In this document: piece by piece, positions 18,652 to 28,654 of the stretch
Layout of the letters: each line of letters begins with the position of its first letter
How positions within the stretch are numbered: position 1 is the stretch's first letter
IMG/VR virus record: IMGVR_UViG_3300031993_000050
Origin: an uncultured virus (IMG/VR IMGVR_UViG_3300031993_000050)
Lineage: Duplodnaviria; Heunggongvirae; Uroviricota; Caudoviricetes
Direction: 5' to 3' (one strand)
Length of the DNA: 64,000 nucleotides
The notes under the pieces: generated by a model
What the model was told of the DNA's origin: nothing
The model's database searches: none
What the model saw: the letters and a program-made list of their open reading frames with translations, nothing else
Program-made: the position numbers and the translations under genes

Positions 18652-20819
18652 TAGTAATAATTCCCGACAGCTTTACGACCACCGGAGCTGCCTTGTTTTT
18701 CTGTATTTTCTTGAACAGCAACTTTATTGCCGTCCAACGCATCTGCCAAACGTTGCATCCACTCGTGTGAATCTTTTGTAATGTCTGTTAAAGCCTTAAT
18801 GTTTTCAGAAAGTGCCATACGGTCTGTTTTTACATCTTCCTCTTCTTTGGCTTGTGCATATTTCAAATAATCTTCTCTAGATTGTCCTGACAATCCTAAT
18901 CTATCTGCCTCAATACGCTGTAAGTTCCAACTTGCTGCAGCATGACTACCAATACCTGGGAGAAAACTAATAGGTAGTGTAAACAACCAATCACGTACGT
19001 GTTCCATTGGTCTGCGGATAGCATCTAAAGTTGCTGCTTGCTTTGTAAGTACGTCTTTCTCTGTTTCTGAAATACGTGTAAGTTCTTTAATTGCGTCTTT
19101 GTTACCAGATGCAGCCTCTGAAAGAAGTTCCATTGCGTGTGGGTTATTATTTAATGCAGACCCACCAAACATATCGAAGATACCGCCAACAGTTCCTTTG
19201 AAGAATGCATCAGCATCAGTACCATCGCTATTACGTCTTAAAACATTTAATAAAGTTCTTGAGTTTTCTTGCCAGTTTGTAACACGACCAGAAGCATCCC
19301 TGGAACGTGCAACCATGTTGTAGTAGTCTTGTGCTATGCTTCCTGTCCTGTTAGGATTCATGGCAATTAAGTTCAAACGATTTTGTGAAGACATTTCATT
19401 AAAACCGTTGAACATGTTAATAAATTCTTGTGTGGTAAGCTTTCCAGTGTTCAGTTGTTTACTGAATTTATCCAAAGCAGCAACGACAGTTTCTATGCTG
19501 TTGCCCATTCCGAGCATGTCTTTTGTGATTGCATCGACAATGCGTGCTTGTGAACCAATACCAAGTCTTACACCGGCATCTGTTTCACTACGTTTAGCAA
19601 CAGCACCCATCGCTGTAACTAAACCACCCACACCAAAAGAACCGTCTCCTTTTGAAAAGAATGAACCACGACTTGTCTGGGTACCTACATACATTCTGCG
19701 AAGGAATTCAGCATCAAGAGTAAGCCCCATTCGTTGTCTTAACGATTGTACGTCAGTAGCCATTGCAGCTGCATCACGCACGTTGAAACCAGCACCGGTA
19801 AAACTCATTAGCATACCGGCAATTTGGTCTTCGTCACGTAAACCTCTACGACGCATACCACTACGATATAACAAATAGTCTCGTGAGTTGAAACCTACGT
19901 CACCAAACATCTGGAAGTTACCGCCGGCACCCATTGCCATGCGTGAGTATACAAACGCATCACCAAGTAAAGCGTCTTTATTCTCTTTCCATCCCTTTTT
20001 GACTTGGTCACCTACTTTTTCAAGTGTCTTTTGTAGTGCATACATTGCAGCTGCTAATGCAATTGCACCGATGATACCACCAGCTGCTGCTCCTGCTGTT
20101 GCACCAGCTGCGGCTGCTCCACCTGCAGAAGCGGCTGCAGCTCCACCAGCTCTTGCTGCTGCTCCACCTGCTGCACGTGTTGCTCCGCCTGCTGCAGCAG
20201 CGGCATCGGCACTTCCTTGCATCCAACCTTTCACTCCGTGGTAAATACCTTTACCAGCATGGAATAACATTTGATAGTTATTTTTTGCATGGGTAAGATT
20301 GTAAAGTGAATCGTAAGCACGTAGTGTTTGCTCCATAGGAGTTCCACGTGCTGCTTGTATACCACGGAGTGCTAAATTATGTTGTGCAGAGGACCATGTA
20401 GAAGCATACGCGGAATTTATGCCCAAATATTTGGCCATAAACTGCAGCATGCTTCCGTAGCTATTTCCTGCTGATGGTGGGGTATTGTTTTTTGAACTCT
20501 TTAACCAATTAAGAAGCTCTCTTGTTAAGTTGTCTTTATTTGATGATTCATGAAACTTTCGGATGAAATCAGCGGTAAATGTTCCATGCTGCCGCTGAAT
20601 TTGAGAAACGATTTTTAACAGTTCTTTATCACGACCAGACTTGGCAGCCTTAGATAATTCTCTAAGTTCACGTACCATTTCAGCTTGTCGTTTTTCGTAA
20701 CCACGAGCGACCTCACTAGCACCATCTAGCTTACCAAGAATCTCACTTGCTAGATTTAGTAAGGCTTCTAATTTAGGAGAAACAGATTCAGAATTGTTAT
20801 TGGTCGTTTCGTCAGCCAT
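18651..20819 (-). CDS. tape measure protein
   Basis: 722 aa, helical, Ala/Gly-rich with a hydrophobic segment; follows tube and frameshifted chaperone. Confidence 0.75.
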   Translation of the reverse strand: MADETTNNNSESVSPKLEALLNLASEILGKLDGASEVARGYEKRQAEMVRELRELSKAAKSGRDKELLKIVSQIQRQHGTFTADFIRKFHESSNKDNLTRELLNWLKSSKNNTPPSAGNSYGSMLQFMAKYLGINSAYASTWSSAQHNLALRGIQAARGTPMEQTLRAYDSLYNLTHAKNNYQMLFHAGKGIYHGVKGWMQGSADAAAAAGGATRAAGGAAARAGGAAAASAGGAAAAGATAGAAAGGIIGAIALAAAMYALQKTLEKVGDQVKKGWKENKDALLGDAFVYSRMAMGAGGNFQMFGDVGFNSRDYLLYRSGMRRRGLRDEDQIAGMLMSFTGAGFNVRDAAAMATDVQSLRQRMGLTLDAEFLRRMYVGTQTSRGSFFSKGDGSFGVGGLVTAMGAVAKRSETDAGVRLGIGSQARIVDAITKDMLGMGNSIETVVAALDKFSKQLNTGKLTTQEFINMFNGFNEMSSQNRLNLIAMNPNRTGSIAQDYYNMVARSRDASGRVTNWQENSRTLLNVLRRNSDGTDADAFFKGTVGGIFDMFGGSALNNNPHAMELLSEAASGNKDAIKELTRISETEKDVLTKQAATLDAIRRPMEHVRDWLFTLPISFLPGIGSHAAASWNLQRIEADRLGLSGQSREDYLKYAQAKEEEDVKTDRMALSENIKALTDITKDSHEWMQRLADALDGNKVAVQENTEKQGSSGGRKAVGNYY

Positions 20820-20821
20820 GT

Positions 20822-21558
20822 TTATTTCTCTTTAAGTTTTTCTGGATCAAGACCCATATTACGCATCATTACGTCATACAGGTTATCAACTTTAACGTTT
20901 TTAGCTTCTGTCTTTGCAATGCGTTCAAGCTTGGCTTTCCGTTGTTGTTCCTTCTTCTCGATTGATGAGTATAAGTCAATATTTAACCAAGGCTTCAATG
21001 CATTAAAGACGTCTTTAATTGTTTCGTTTAAGTCTTCCCGATCTTTGTCGATTTGTTCACAGACCCAACTGAAAACTTCGGGGTGTTTCAGTGTCTCTCT
21101 AAAGACTTCCGATCCTAACGCTTTGTGAACTTGCCACAGGCGTCTTCCTATTGGGCCTTCGAATCTTTTTTTAATGCTTCAATGCTTTTTTCATGCTCTG
21201 TAACTAGCATATCGTAACACGTATACAGATTTCTGATTACAATATCATCGAATTTACCAAGAATCTCAGCAAGTAAGTCTACTTTAGACATGCTTTCATT
21301 TCCTGGTTTGCTTCTCAAATCTGCTACTTCGGGAATAGCCATTACATCTACGCCGTTAATGGCTTCGATTGAATAGGCTAAGGTGAGTTTGCGTGATAAG
21401 ACTGCTTTTGTTACGTCTGTTACAGCTAAAAGGTCTACACGTCTGAATACATCTGCAACTTCATCAGTTGTTAATGTACGAAGGGTGAGCGTTACTTTGC
21501 TCGTCTTAAATGTCTTTTTTGTTGTATGTCCTGCAAATAACTCAATCAATGCGTCCAT
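20822..21558 (-). CDS. tail assembly chaperone GT-like -1 frameshift product (about 245 aa)
   Basis: Slippery A AAA AAA at 21172-21166; the -1 frame is open for 114 codons (RFEGPIGRRLWQVHKAL...DPEKLKEK) to TAA 20822. Confidence 0.8.
21148..21558 (-). CDS. tail assembly chaperone (G-like)
   Basis: 136 aa between tube and tape measure; ends ...ALKKDSKAQ. Confidence 0.8.
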   Translation of the reverse strand: MDALIELFAGHTTKKTFKTSKVTLTLRTLTTDEVADVFRRVDLLAVTDVTKAVLSRKLTLAYSIEAINGVDVMAIPEVADLRSKPGNESMSKVDLLAEILGKFDDIVIRNLYTCYDMLVTEHEKSIEALKKDSKAQ

Positions 21559-21580
21559 GATACTACTCCTCTACTGTGCT

Positions 21581-21609
21581 TGGTGTGGGGGCTTTATGCC
21601 CCCACACTA
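21581..21609 (-). terminator. stem-loop after the tail tube gene (no U-tract; attenuator or mRNA stabiliser)
   Basis: GTGTGGGGGC-TTTAT-GCCCCCACAC inverted repeat. Confidence 0.6.
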
Positions 21610-21616
21610 AATTAAC

Positions 21617-22210
21617 TTAGTTTTGTCCGAAAGGATTACCTAAGGTTCCACCTGCGATGTCGCCATCAAAGTCTGAAGATGGAACGTATACAATGTCTTT
21701 GAAGTCTACGTTCATTTGTTCAACAACACGAATGTCTTGCTCATTCATTGATTTAGGCATTGTGTAGTTGCGGATGTAACATCCGGTGTAGATGATCTCA
21801 TACAATGTATGACCTGTTGAAGGGTTCAGCCAGCGTTCAACTAAGTCGAAAGGACGTTTGTTGTAAGGCAAGGCTGGTGCAATTGCTTTGTCGGTTGGAT
21901 GCGGTGTTGTGAACAACCCGATACCGTTTACTTGGTATAAAGAAACCATGTGTAATGCAATTGTGCTGGAGTTCACTGGTCCGGGGATCAGGTCACGGCA
22001 GCGAGATGGGTTTCTGTTACCAATCACGAAGTTGTAAACAATGTTACGTGTTTCGTTTACGTCAAAGTTTTGTGCCATCCCAACAGGTGTTGAGTAGTAC
22101 GTACCAGTTGAATCTGGAACACGTACGAATAACTCTAATGAAGTTACTAACCGTACTTTACCTTCGGGGTTAAGAACGTCAGTTGCGAATGTGAAATCAA
22201 TATTCGGCAT
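21617..22210 (-). CDS. tail tube protein
   Basis: 197 aa directly after the sheath; PFDL.E...YTGCYIRNY...EQMNV pattern. Confidence 0.8.
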   Translation of the reverse strand: MPNIDFTFATDVLNPEGKVRLVTSLELFVRVPDSTGTYYSTPVGMAQNFDVNETRNIVYNFVIGNRNPSRCRDLIPGPVNSSTIALHMVSLYQVNGIGLFTTPHPTDKAIAPALPYNKRPFDLVERWLNPSTGHTLYEIIYTGCYIRNYTMPKSMNEQDIRVVEQMNVDFKDIVYVPSSDFDGDIAGGTLGNPFGQN

Positions 22211-22222
22211 GTTCTATTCTCC

Positions 22223-23752
22223 TTAGATTGTCACCATGAATGAAATGTAGATGTAGTTCAACGGTCTGAGGACTGCGAATGCCATCTTTACGTTCACTCT
22301 GGTCGTGTCTTTAGCATCAGGGGTTACCACGATGTTAGACTCGTCGTAATCTTGTACAAGGCTACCGGTCATCTCATCAAGCATCAACATAATTGCTGTC
22401 TTGATGGCTGTTGGGGTTTTGTTCCGGTCATAGAAGTGCCCAATAAATTCCTTGTCCAAATTGTATCTGATGGTTTTCATTACTTCGTCTTTAATGAGTA
22501 CCACAGATAGTTCACGATTGTTCTGGTTGGTATTGTCAGTTGTTACTGCTTGGTTTACTGTAACTGCTGCATTGCGAGTTACGAGTACTGTTGTACCAGC
22601 TGCGGACATTTTCTCAATCTCTGAGCGAATGTACTCACGGCTTAAACCATAAATACCAGCAGGATTCTCACGTGTTAAAGGCTCAGCAACTGTGCGGTTG
22701 TTGTTTGTTGTCATACCTGCTAATGCGGCAGCTGCATAGATGGAAGATACGCCTGGGAATTCGTGTGAATCACCATTCTCGTCTTCTACTAAGAGTGTTA
22801 CACCTGCAGGAGCAACGTTAACAATGCGTTGTTCTTTGAATGCTTTGGACTGAGCAACTACTGCATCAGGAGCATCATCTAACGCTGCAACCCATGCTAC
22901 ACGTTCTTTACCGTTCTCTGTTGCAGAGTCGATAACTACTTGTTTTGCAAGCATGCTTTGAATTGCTGCATTTTGTGGGATACAAACGATTGTTTGGATC
23001 TCGTAGTCAGAAAGTTTCTTTACAGCTGTTTGTACGTTCGCTGCAGATACCGTTGGTTTGCCTGTTTCAGCATCAACACCAGGTACAACTTCACAAATGT
23101 ACATTACGTTAGCACCGTTGGTAAACATCAAACGGGCTGCTGCTGTAATTTCGTTTAATTTCCACTCACCGTCCTCTTGATAGCATTCCGGACCGTAATA
23201 AGCGGTTACAGAATCGAGGTCATCAAAAACCTTTACTTCATAGTAAGATGAGTCTTTTTTAATTTTTAATGTAACATAATAAGATGCCCCACGGACTGGT
23301 GCCACTGGGTCTGCATCTTCTGCTACTTCTTGGTCTGGATGTAACCAGATAATTTTGTTGCCGTCTACTTTATAGTCGGCTGCAGCTTCGGCAGCTGCTA
23401 CAGCTGCTGCATTTTCTGCATCGATTGCTTCCTTTTGTTCTGGTGTAGCATCCTCTGGATACTCAATTACTTCCGGTGCTTCATATGCCTTGTATTTAGG
23501 CAAGTTAGAACCGTACGCATTGACATAATCAGAAACGCAATAGACTTCCAGAACATTTGCGTAATCGTATTCAAGTACGTCTGTGGATCCTTCTGTTGCG
23601 CGTACTACTGCATGGTTGTTGACGTTAAGCGTGGGCGTAGCATGGCCTACGAGCCCAGCCGCTTTCAATCTTTGTTCAGTAATAGCTAACGCTGGATTCA
23701 CTTCTTCCTGGATGTATACGCCAGGAACTGTTCCTAGTTTAATTGTAGCCAT
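22223..23752 (-). CDS. contractile tail sheath protein
   Basis: N-terminal PGVYIQE, AAALAG, EPLT, C-terminal PLNYIYISF. Confidence 0.92.
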   Translation of the reverse strand: MATIKLGTVPGVYIQEEVNPALAITEQRLKAAGLVGHATPTLNVNNHAVVRATEGSTDVLEYDYANVLEVYCVSDYVNAYGSNLPKYKAYEAPEVIEYPEDATPEQKEAIDAENAAAVAAAEAAADYKVDGNKIIWLHPDQEVAEDADPVAPVRGASYYVTLKIKKDSSYYEVKVFDDLDSVTAYYGPECYQEDGEWKLNEITAAARLMFTNGANVMYICEVVPGVDAETGKPTVSAANVQTAVKKLSDYEIQTIVCIPQNAAIQSMLAKQVVIDSATENGKERVAWVAALDDAPDAVVAQSKAFKEQRIVNVAPAGVTLLVEDENGDSHEFPGVSSIYAAAALAGMTTNNNRTVAEPLTRENPAGIYGLSREYIRSEIEKMSAAGTTVLVTRNAAVTVNQAVTTDNTNQNNRELSVVLIKDEVMKTIRYNLDKEFIGHFYDRNKTPTAIKTAIMLMLDEMTGSLVQDYDESNIVVTPDAKDTTRVNVKMAFAVLRPLNYIYISFMVTI

Positions 23753-23761
23753 CTGTTTCTC

Positions 23762-24427
23762 CTATTTTGAAGGAATTGTAATGGTACGGTTTTTAGTTGG
23801 ATCTATAGGATCCTTCTCTACTATACCATTCATTTTTATTTCTTCAATTAAAATCTTTTCGATACGATCAAAGTCGGTTATTTTGATATTCCAGTTTGTC
23901 ACAAAACTAACTTTAATTTGCTCAACCTGCAACTGCTGCGTACCGATTTGTTTATAACGAGTTCCTTGTAAATCAACACCTACAATTTCAATGTTGCGTT
24001 TCTTCAAAACCCGGGTCCCGATGTGACGTAAAGCGGAACCAACTAAATCTGTTACTCTTCTACGTGAGGATGTATTATAATCGTAAACACCTATATTGCA
24101 ATTAAGAGAATACACCCCGTGAATATTATAGCCCGTAACGACATTTCTAATTTCTCCATTTATTTCCTTGTCCTCACGTATCTCGGTTATCATTTCCTGA
24201 CCGATTACACGATTGTACAAGTTACCTGTAACATCCTCTACAATGACAGAAGGTATATTCATACGCTGGGTATCATTGTATGTAGTTGTAATGTTGATGT
24301 TTGTTTCGGCCTGGTTCTTAGTCCACTTGTAGAAATCTTCTGGTTGCTTTGCGAAGTATTCACGAAGAAACCTTACTAATTCCTGTTGGCTATGAGTTTC
24401 TGCCGCTAAGCTAATTAACTCTTTCAT
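23762..24427 (-). CDS. putative tail terminator/completion protein
   Basis: 221 aa immediately before the sheath; IPSVIVE motif; call rests on gene order. Confidence 0.55.
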   Translation of the reverse strand: MKELISLAAETHSQQELVRFLREYFAKQPEDFYKWTKNQAETNINITTTYNDTQRMNIPSVIVEDVTGNLYNRVIGQEMITEIREDKEINGEIRNVVTGYNIHGVYSLNCNIGVYDYNTSSRRRVTDLVGSALRHIGTRVLKKRNIEIVGVDLQGTRYKQIGTQQLQVEQIKVSFVTNWNIKITDFDRIEKILIEEIKMNGIVEKDPIDPTKNRTITIPSK

Positions 24428-25371
24428 GCTAGTGGTAGAGGACCAGGAACTTTAATGCGGTAGAATGCATGATTCATCTCAAGCAATCTCCACTTGAAGT
24501 CCTGTCTGGCATACATACCACCCAGCATAGGTGAACTCTTTTCAACAGCCGTAATGTCATAACGTTCTCCGTTGTGGTCAACGATAACGTCTCTGGGTGC
24601 TAATTTAGGCTGCCAAATAGTCCAGGACTTTGACTCTCTTACTGTACGGATTCCCAGATCCTCATACTCCTCTTTCTTGTCTCCGTACACCATTACAACT
24701 TTAATTAAAACGGGTGGTAAGAATGGGTCCTTCATGTCGGTTCCGAAACAGGTCGTACATCTTGTACCGAATCGGCATTTGTTATTGTCTGGTTCGCAGT
24801 ACGGGCATCTCTCACCATACACACGACGTTTCAGTAACCAGACCCACTGACCATCCATTTGTAAAATCGATAATGTGCGACGTCTAATTTCCGATAAATA
24901 CGGAAGTAACTGATTCGCACTGGGAATTGGTGCACCTGTACCACATGAGTAAATGGAGTAATCTCCTATGGTATAGATGCTATCCCTGTCCGCTGCACAC
25001 GAAATTACCGCATCTTCCGGTGAAGTTGGTCTTGATTGCTCACCAACCTCTTTATTGCCGTCTTCATCAACGGTATACGCAGCAACGGTATAATAAAAAT
25101 TGGGACGCTGCAATATAGTAAGCTCGTTTGTGTAAACATCATACGGCTCCGCATCATTGGTTGACTCAATTGTTGGCGTCTCGTCAATCCACACAGTTGT
25201 CCCTACTGGTATATCACCAACTTCTGTAAAGTTTCCATAAGGTACCATGGAACGGTAAATCTTGTATCCGTCTGCCCCTGTAACTGACGTGAACTCTACT
25301 TGATTGTTTTGTAGAGCCCCATCGTTTCTATTCAACAGGTTCAGTACTTTTACAGCTGGTGCTTCCAACAT
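24424..25371 (-). CDS. putative head-closure/neck protein with FN3-like N-terminus and Zn-finger
   Basis: GADGYKIYRS...YYTVAAY FN3-like; RCPYC...CTTCFGT; PRDVIV...RY pattern. Confidence 0.6.
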   Translation of the reverse strand: MLEAPAVKVLNLLNRNDGALQNNQVEFTSVTGADGYKIYRSMVPYGNFTEVGDIPVGTTVWIDETPTIESTNDAEPYDVYTNELTILQRPNFYYTVAAYTVDEDGNKEVGEQSRPTSPEDAVISCAADRDSIYTIGDYSIYSCGTGAPIPSANQLLPYLSEIRRRTLSILQMDGQWVWLLKRRVYGERCPYCEPDNNKCRFGTRCTTCFGTDMKDPFLPPVLIKVVMVYGDKKEEYEDLGIRTVRESKSWTIWQPKLAPRDVIVDHNGERYDITAVEKSSPMLGGMYARQDFKWRLLEMNHAFYRIKVPGPLPLA

Positions 25372-25379
25372 AAGCCACC

Positions 25380-25847
25380 TTATAAGACATTTAAGTCTTT
25401 CAAATCGACTTTCAAAGTGCCAACATAGTAATCCTGAGTACTTAAGTACCCGGATTGATCCTTTGCTGTAACCTTGATGTTTGCGTCAAAATTGACCGTG
25501 GCTGCGTTTTTTTCAACGCCTACCACTTCCCCAATATACCCAGCAGGTAAAACTGCTTCTGCAATGGTATATAACGCTGTTGGGGTTTTAATTAAGCAGT
25601 TCGTACTGGCAATTACATCAGCTGATGTTTGAACACGGGAACCAGGGAGCATCGGCTTGTCAGCTTCTTTTTCAAAGCATTTAACTTCCAGTACTGGAAA
25701 TCCGTTTGAAATAAGAAGTTTGTGTAGTTTAGCAATGTCTGCTTTATCTGAAGCCAACACAACATGGACCTCTGTCTTACCGCCGGTAAGTCCTGTTTCT
25801 GTATCTGGCGTATACTCATTCGCCAACTCTGTGATCCAATCTTCCAT
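25380..25847 (-). CDS. hypothetical neck-region protein
   Basis: 155 aa ORF with SD, in operon. Confidence 0.55.
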   Translation of the reverse strand: MEDWITELANEYTPDTETGLTGGKTEVHVVLASDKADIAKLHKLLISNGFPVLEVKCFEKEADKPMLPGSRVQTSADVIASTNCLIKTPTALYTIAEAVLPAGYIGEVVGVEKNAATVNFDANIKVTAKDQSGYLSTQDYYVGTLKVDLKDLNVL

Positions 25848-25856
25848 ACTTTCCCT

Positions 25857-26318
25857 CTATCTACTATATCCGGCACCGTATAAAATACGCATGAAAGAGG
25901 ACATTTGTGCTGTGAACTTCGGATACCCGAGTCCAGCAGGACCAATACCCATACCGTAGTATTTTTTAATGTTCCACTTCATTTGTTTATAACGTTCCAA
26001 AATCTTATCGTTTACGCTGAGTAACTTACCATTACGGTCTAAGGTCATTGTCAGACCGTTATCATTGTACGAGAAGTCGTCAAACGACATGTCTGCTGCT
26101 ACTAAAATCGAAGCTACTGAGGAGCAAGAAAACAAAACTGCCGTCTCCCAAAGTTGGGGGGCGGTGCTTAATGAATAACTGGTCTGAGGGGTCGTATAGT
26201 TAATATCGTCGAGTCCCATTTGTAACCAAATTAACAGTTTGTCATCACAGAGACCCTTTACAAATCTTGCTGGGAGTCCTCCGTTTCTTGCTTTATGCAG
26301 TAACTGTGGTACGTTCAT
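25857..26318 (-). CDS. putative head-tail adaptor
   Basis: 153 aa helical; DD.L..WL...L.DIN..P and FSYNDNGL patterns; position after capsid genes. Confidence 0.55.
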   Translation of the reverse strand: MNVPQLLHKARNGGLPARFVKGLCDDKLLIWLQMGLDDINYTTPQTSYSLSTAPQLWETAVLFSCSSVASILVAADMSFDDFSYNDNGLTMTLDRNGKLLSVNDKILERYKQMKWNIKKYYGMGIGPAGLGYPKFTAQMSSFMRILYGAGYSR

Positions 26319-26902
26319 TTATTTTCCTTATCAAGACGTTCTGATAATTTATTCATCATCGTTGTGAACGCCTGTGTCATTTGTGTCATCGCCTGCATCT
26401 GTTGCTGCATCAGATCGTTTTGTTTCTTCATTGATTCCAACACAGCATTTGTAGTACCAGACTGAGCGGGAAGAGCAGTGCCTTGAATGGCTGAGTCTTT
26501 TTTATCGCTCGTAAACATCTGCATGTTGAAGTATTTAGGTGCTGACTGATCAGCTGGTTTTACTTCCTGTGCAGCTACTGGTACGGCTACAGGTTCGGCA
26601 CCGTTATCCAGTGATTTCCCCTGCTTGATGAGCTCAACTTCCTTTGGGTCCGTATAAATGTCTACCATACCGGATTGTTCCAAAGCGAAAAGCTGACCTT
26701 TGTGGTTCTCGAATCCTTCTTGTACGTAAGAATATGCACATTCAGTCCACTGATTCGGTCTAAGTACAATTCTTAAAGATGTAGCAGCAAGGTCTTCACC
26801 CATATTGAAACCGCCGTGTACATCGGATAACACTACTTGGATAGGGCCTCTATAAAAAATATAGATTTTACCCTGATAACCACTATACAGTCCTCTTATC
26901 AT
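26315..26902 (-). CDS. hypothetical protein
   Basis: 195 aa; SD AAGGAG; Met/Gln-rich C-terminal helix. Confidence 0.6.
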   Translation of the reverse strand: MIRGLYSGYQGKIYIFYRGPIQVVLSDVHGGFNMGEDLAATSLRIVLRPNQWTECAYSYVQEGFENHKGQLFALEQSGMVDIYTDPKEVELIKQGKSLDNGAEPVAVPVAAQEVKPADQSAPKYFNMQMFTSDKKDSAIQGTALPAQSGTTNAVLESMKKQNDLMQQQMQAMTQMTQAFTTMMNKLSERLDKENK

Positions 26903-26943
26903 TTACAACTCCTTTGCTTAGCTTGGTACTACAATTAAATTGA

Positions 26944-27363
26944 CTATTCGGCGTCTTCTGCTTCTTCAGCAGCTTCTTTTTTGGAACCAAAGATCTTTTT
27001 GAACCAGCTCCAAATACCTGAAGCTACTTTTGTAATCTTGGTGATCCAATCTTTGCCGAACCATTTGTTTAACATTGAGATACTGCCGTCAATCATTAAA
27101 CCAATCAATTTGGCTTCCACGGCATCTGGTAAGTACTTAATGTTGCAGTATTTCAAAGAGGCTTCAATTGCCAATTCGCGTTTATCTGCAGAACTTAAAG
27201 CATCACCAATCTCTTCTACTTTTTTCAAAATGTCAGGAAGGATTTGTGCTACAACAGCAATAACTTCAACTGTTTTCTTACCTTTAAGTGACTTTACTTT
27301 ACCGTGTGCTTCTGTTACGGAAGCTACGATTTCAGCTAATAATTCTTTTTCTTCTTTAGCCAT
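26944..27363 (-). CDS. hypothetical protein, possibly membrane-associated
   Basis: 139 aa; amphipathic C-terminal helices (GIWSWFKKIFG); SD GGAG. Confidence 0.55.
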   Translation of the reverse strand: MAKEEKELLAEIVASVTEAHGKVKSLKGKKTVEVIAVVAQILPDILKKVEEIGDALSSADKRELAIEASLKYCNIKYLPDAVEAKLIGLMIDGSISMLNKWFGKDWITKITKVASGIWSWFKKIFGSKKEAAEEAEDAE

Positions 27364-27371
27364 AATTACTC

Positions 27372-27569
27372 CTATAGTAATCTCTTATCTTTGTTAGGGT
27401 CGTTGTCGAAAGGTTTTTCAACACGTAATCCCAACTTTTCCAGACAGCTGACTATGTTCATAGCCATTGTCTCACATTTATCCTCAAGAGGGGATGCTTT
27501 ACCAAATTTAATGGTAAACTTATATCCGAAGACCTTATTACCGTTATTATTACTGTAAAAAAATCCCAT
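27372..27569 (-). CDS. hypothetical protein
   Basis: 65 aa; SD GGAGGG supplied by motif copy 3. Confidence 0.55.
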   Translation of the reverse strand: MGFFYSNNNGNKVFGYKFTIKFGKASPLEDKCETMAMNIVSCLEKLGLRVEKPFDNDPNKDKRLL

Positions 27570-27580
27570 GATATACCCTC

Positions 27581-27602
27581 CTATTTACAACCTAAGTGTT
27601 CA
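27581..27602 (-). promoter_or_regulatory. phage-specific promoter-like motif, copy 3
   Basis: TGAACACTTAGGTTGTAAATAG, just downstream of the capsid terminator. Confidence 0.8.
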
Positions 27603-27615
27603 GTTTACTACTCTT

Positions 27616-27649
27616 AAAACCCCGGGAGATAAAACTCCCCCGGGGTTTA
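27616..27649 (-). terminator. rho-independent terminator after the major capsid gene
   Basis: AAACCCCGGG...CCCGGGGTTTT stem on the minus strand. Confidence 0.75.
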
Positions 27650-27659
27650 TAAACGAGAC

Positions 27660-28634
27660 TTATTTCTCTAAGTCTAAGTGCATGATACCTTTGGTGTAGC
27701 GGATGATGAAACCGAGATCTTCCCAGATCAAGAAGTCATCTGTCATGCTACCGATCATTTTCTGTGTTTCAACAGTAAGATCGGTACGGATGGCCATTAC
27801 ACCGACTTTCTCAGGATCAGTTACGATGAAAGCATCGTTAGGGCTGATGATTTGAATGTCTTCGATTACTTCTTTGCCTTCTTCATTGCGATAGGCGAAA
27901 GATTCACCGTTCGGTACGTTTAAGATGGTCAAGTTCCACACTTTACCCATAATACCTTTCTTCATATTTTCATTGGATTGCTCCGGCATGAAAAGAGGTT
28001 GAGAGGCATTTTGGTCTGTATGCAACATCAAGAGGTCTTTTTGTGCACGTGGATTGATGATCATTTTGTTCGGGTTGATACGGGCTTCCAACATGTATGT
28101 GATGCCGGCTGCTACCATATCGATACCTAAACCACCGTTTACGGTTTTCAAGTTCGGGTATTTTGCTGGGTCGTTGTAGAAGGCGGCTGGATCGGTTGCT
28201 GCTACTTTCAAGAGTGAGAAACCTTTCAAGTCTTCTTCTGACATAACGGCTGATTTAGCACGTTCTTGTGCACGTGTCAAAATATCGTATTTACGATAGT
28301 TTGATTCATTCCAACGAGTTTTCGTAAGAATGGAGATCGGTGTCGTGTTGATACGTACACGATCTGAGTTGATGTGCACTGCTTCCGGTAAACCGTTCAT
28401 AGCGATTTGATACGCTTTTACGGACACGTCAGCATCCAAGAGGGCTTCTTCACCGAGACCCAATTGGTAGGTTGCGTATACTTGACGTACACGAGATTCG
28501 TGTAACAAGTCACGAACTAACGGTTTCATCATTAAGTTTGCAATGACGTTTAAGCCGTTAGGTTGTTTTGCGATTTTTGACAATTCTGCTTCGCGGACTA
28601 AGTAGTTCGCTACGTTGGTCATATCTTTTTCCAT
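27660..28634 (-). CDS. major capsid protein (HK97-like fold inferred)
   Basis: 324 aa after scaffold; ILTRAQERAKSAVMSEED, MIINP, GIMGKVWNLTI patterns; followed by a terminator. Confidence 0.8.
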   Translation of the reverse strand: MEKDMTNVANYLVREAELSKIAKQPNGLNVIANLMMKPLVRDLLHESRVRQVYATYQLGLGEEALLDADVSVKAYQIAMNGLPEAVHINSDRVRINTTPISILTKTRWNESNYRKYDILTRAQERAKSAVMSEEDLKGFSLLKVAATDPAAFYNDPAKYPNLKTVNGGLGIDMVAAGITYMLEARINPNKMIINPRAQKDLLMLHTDQNASQPLFMPEQSNENMKKGIMGKVWNLTILNVPNGESFAYRNEEGKEVIEDIQIISPNDAFIVTDPEKVGVMAIRTDLTVETQKMIGSMTDDFLIWEDLGFIIRYTKGIMHLDLEK

Positions 28635-28654
28635 AATTCACATGTCTCCTTAAC

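Noticed and set aside
20060..20215. GCT/GCA-rich low-complexity tract
   Set aside because: It encodes the Ala/Gly stretch of the tape measure protein and is not an independent repeat element.
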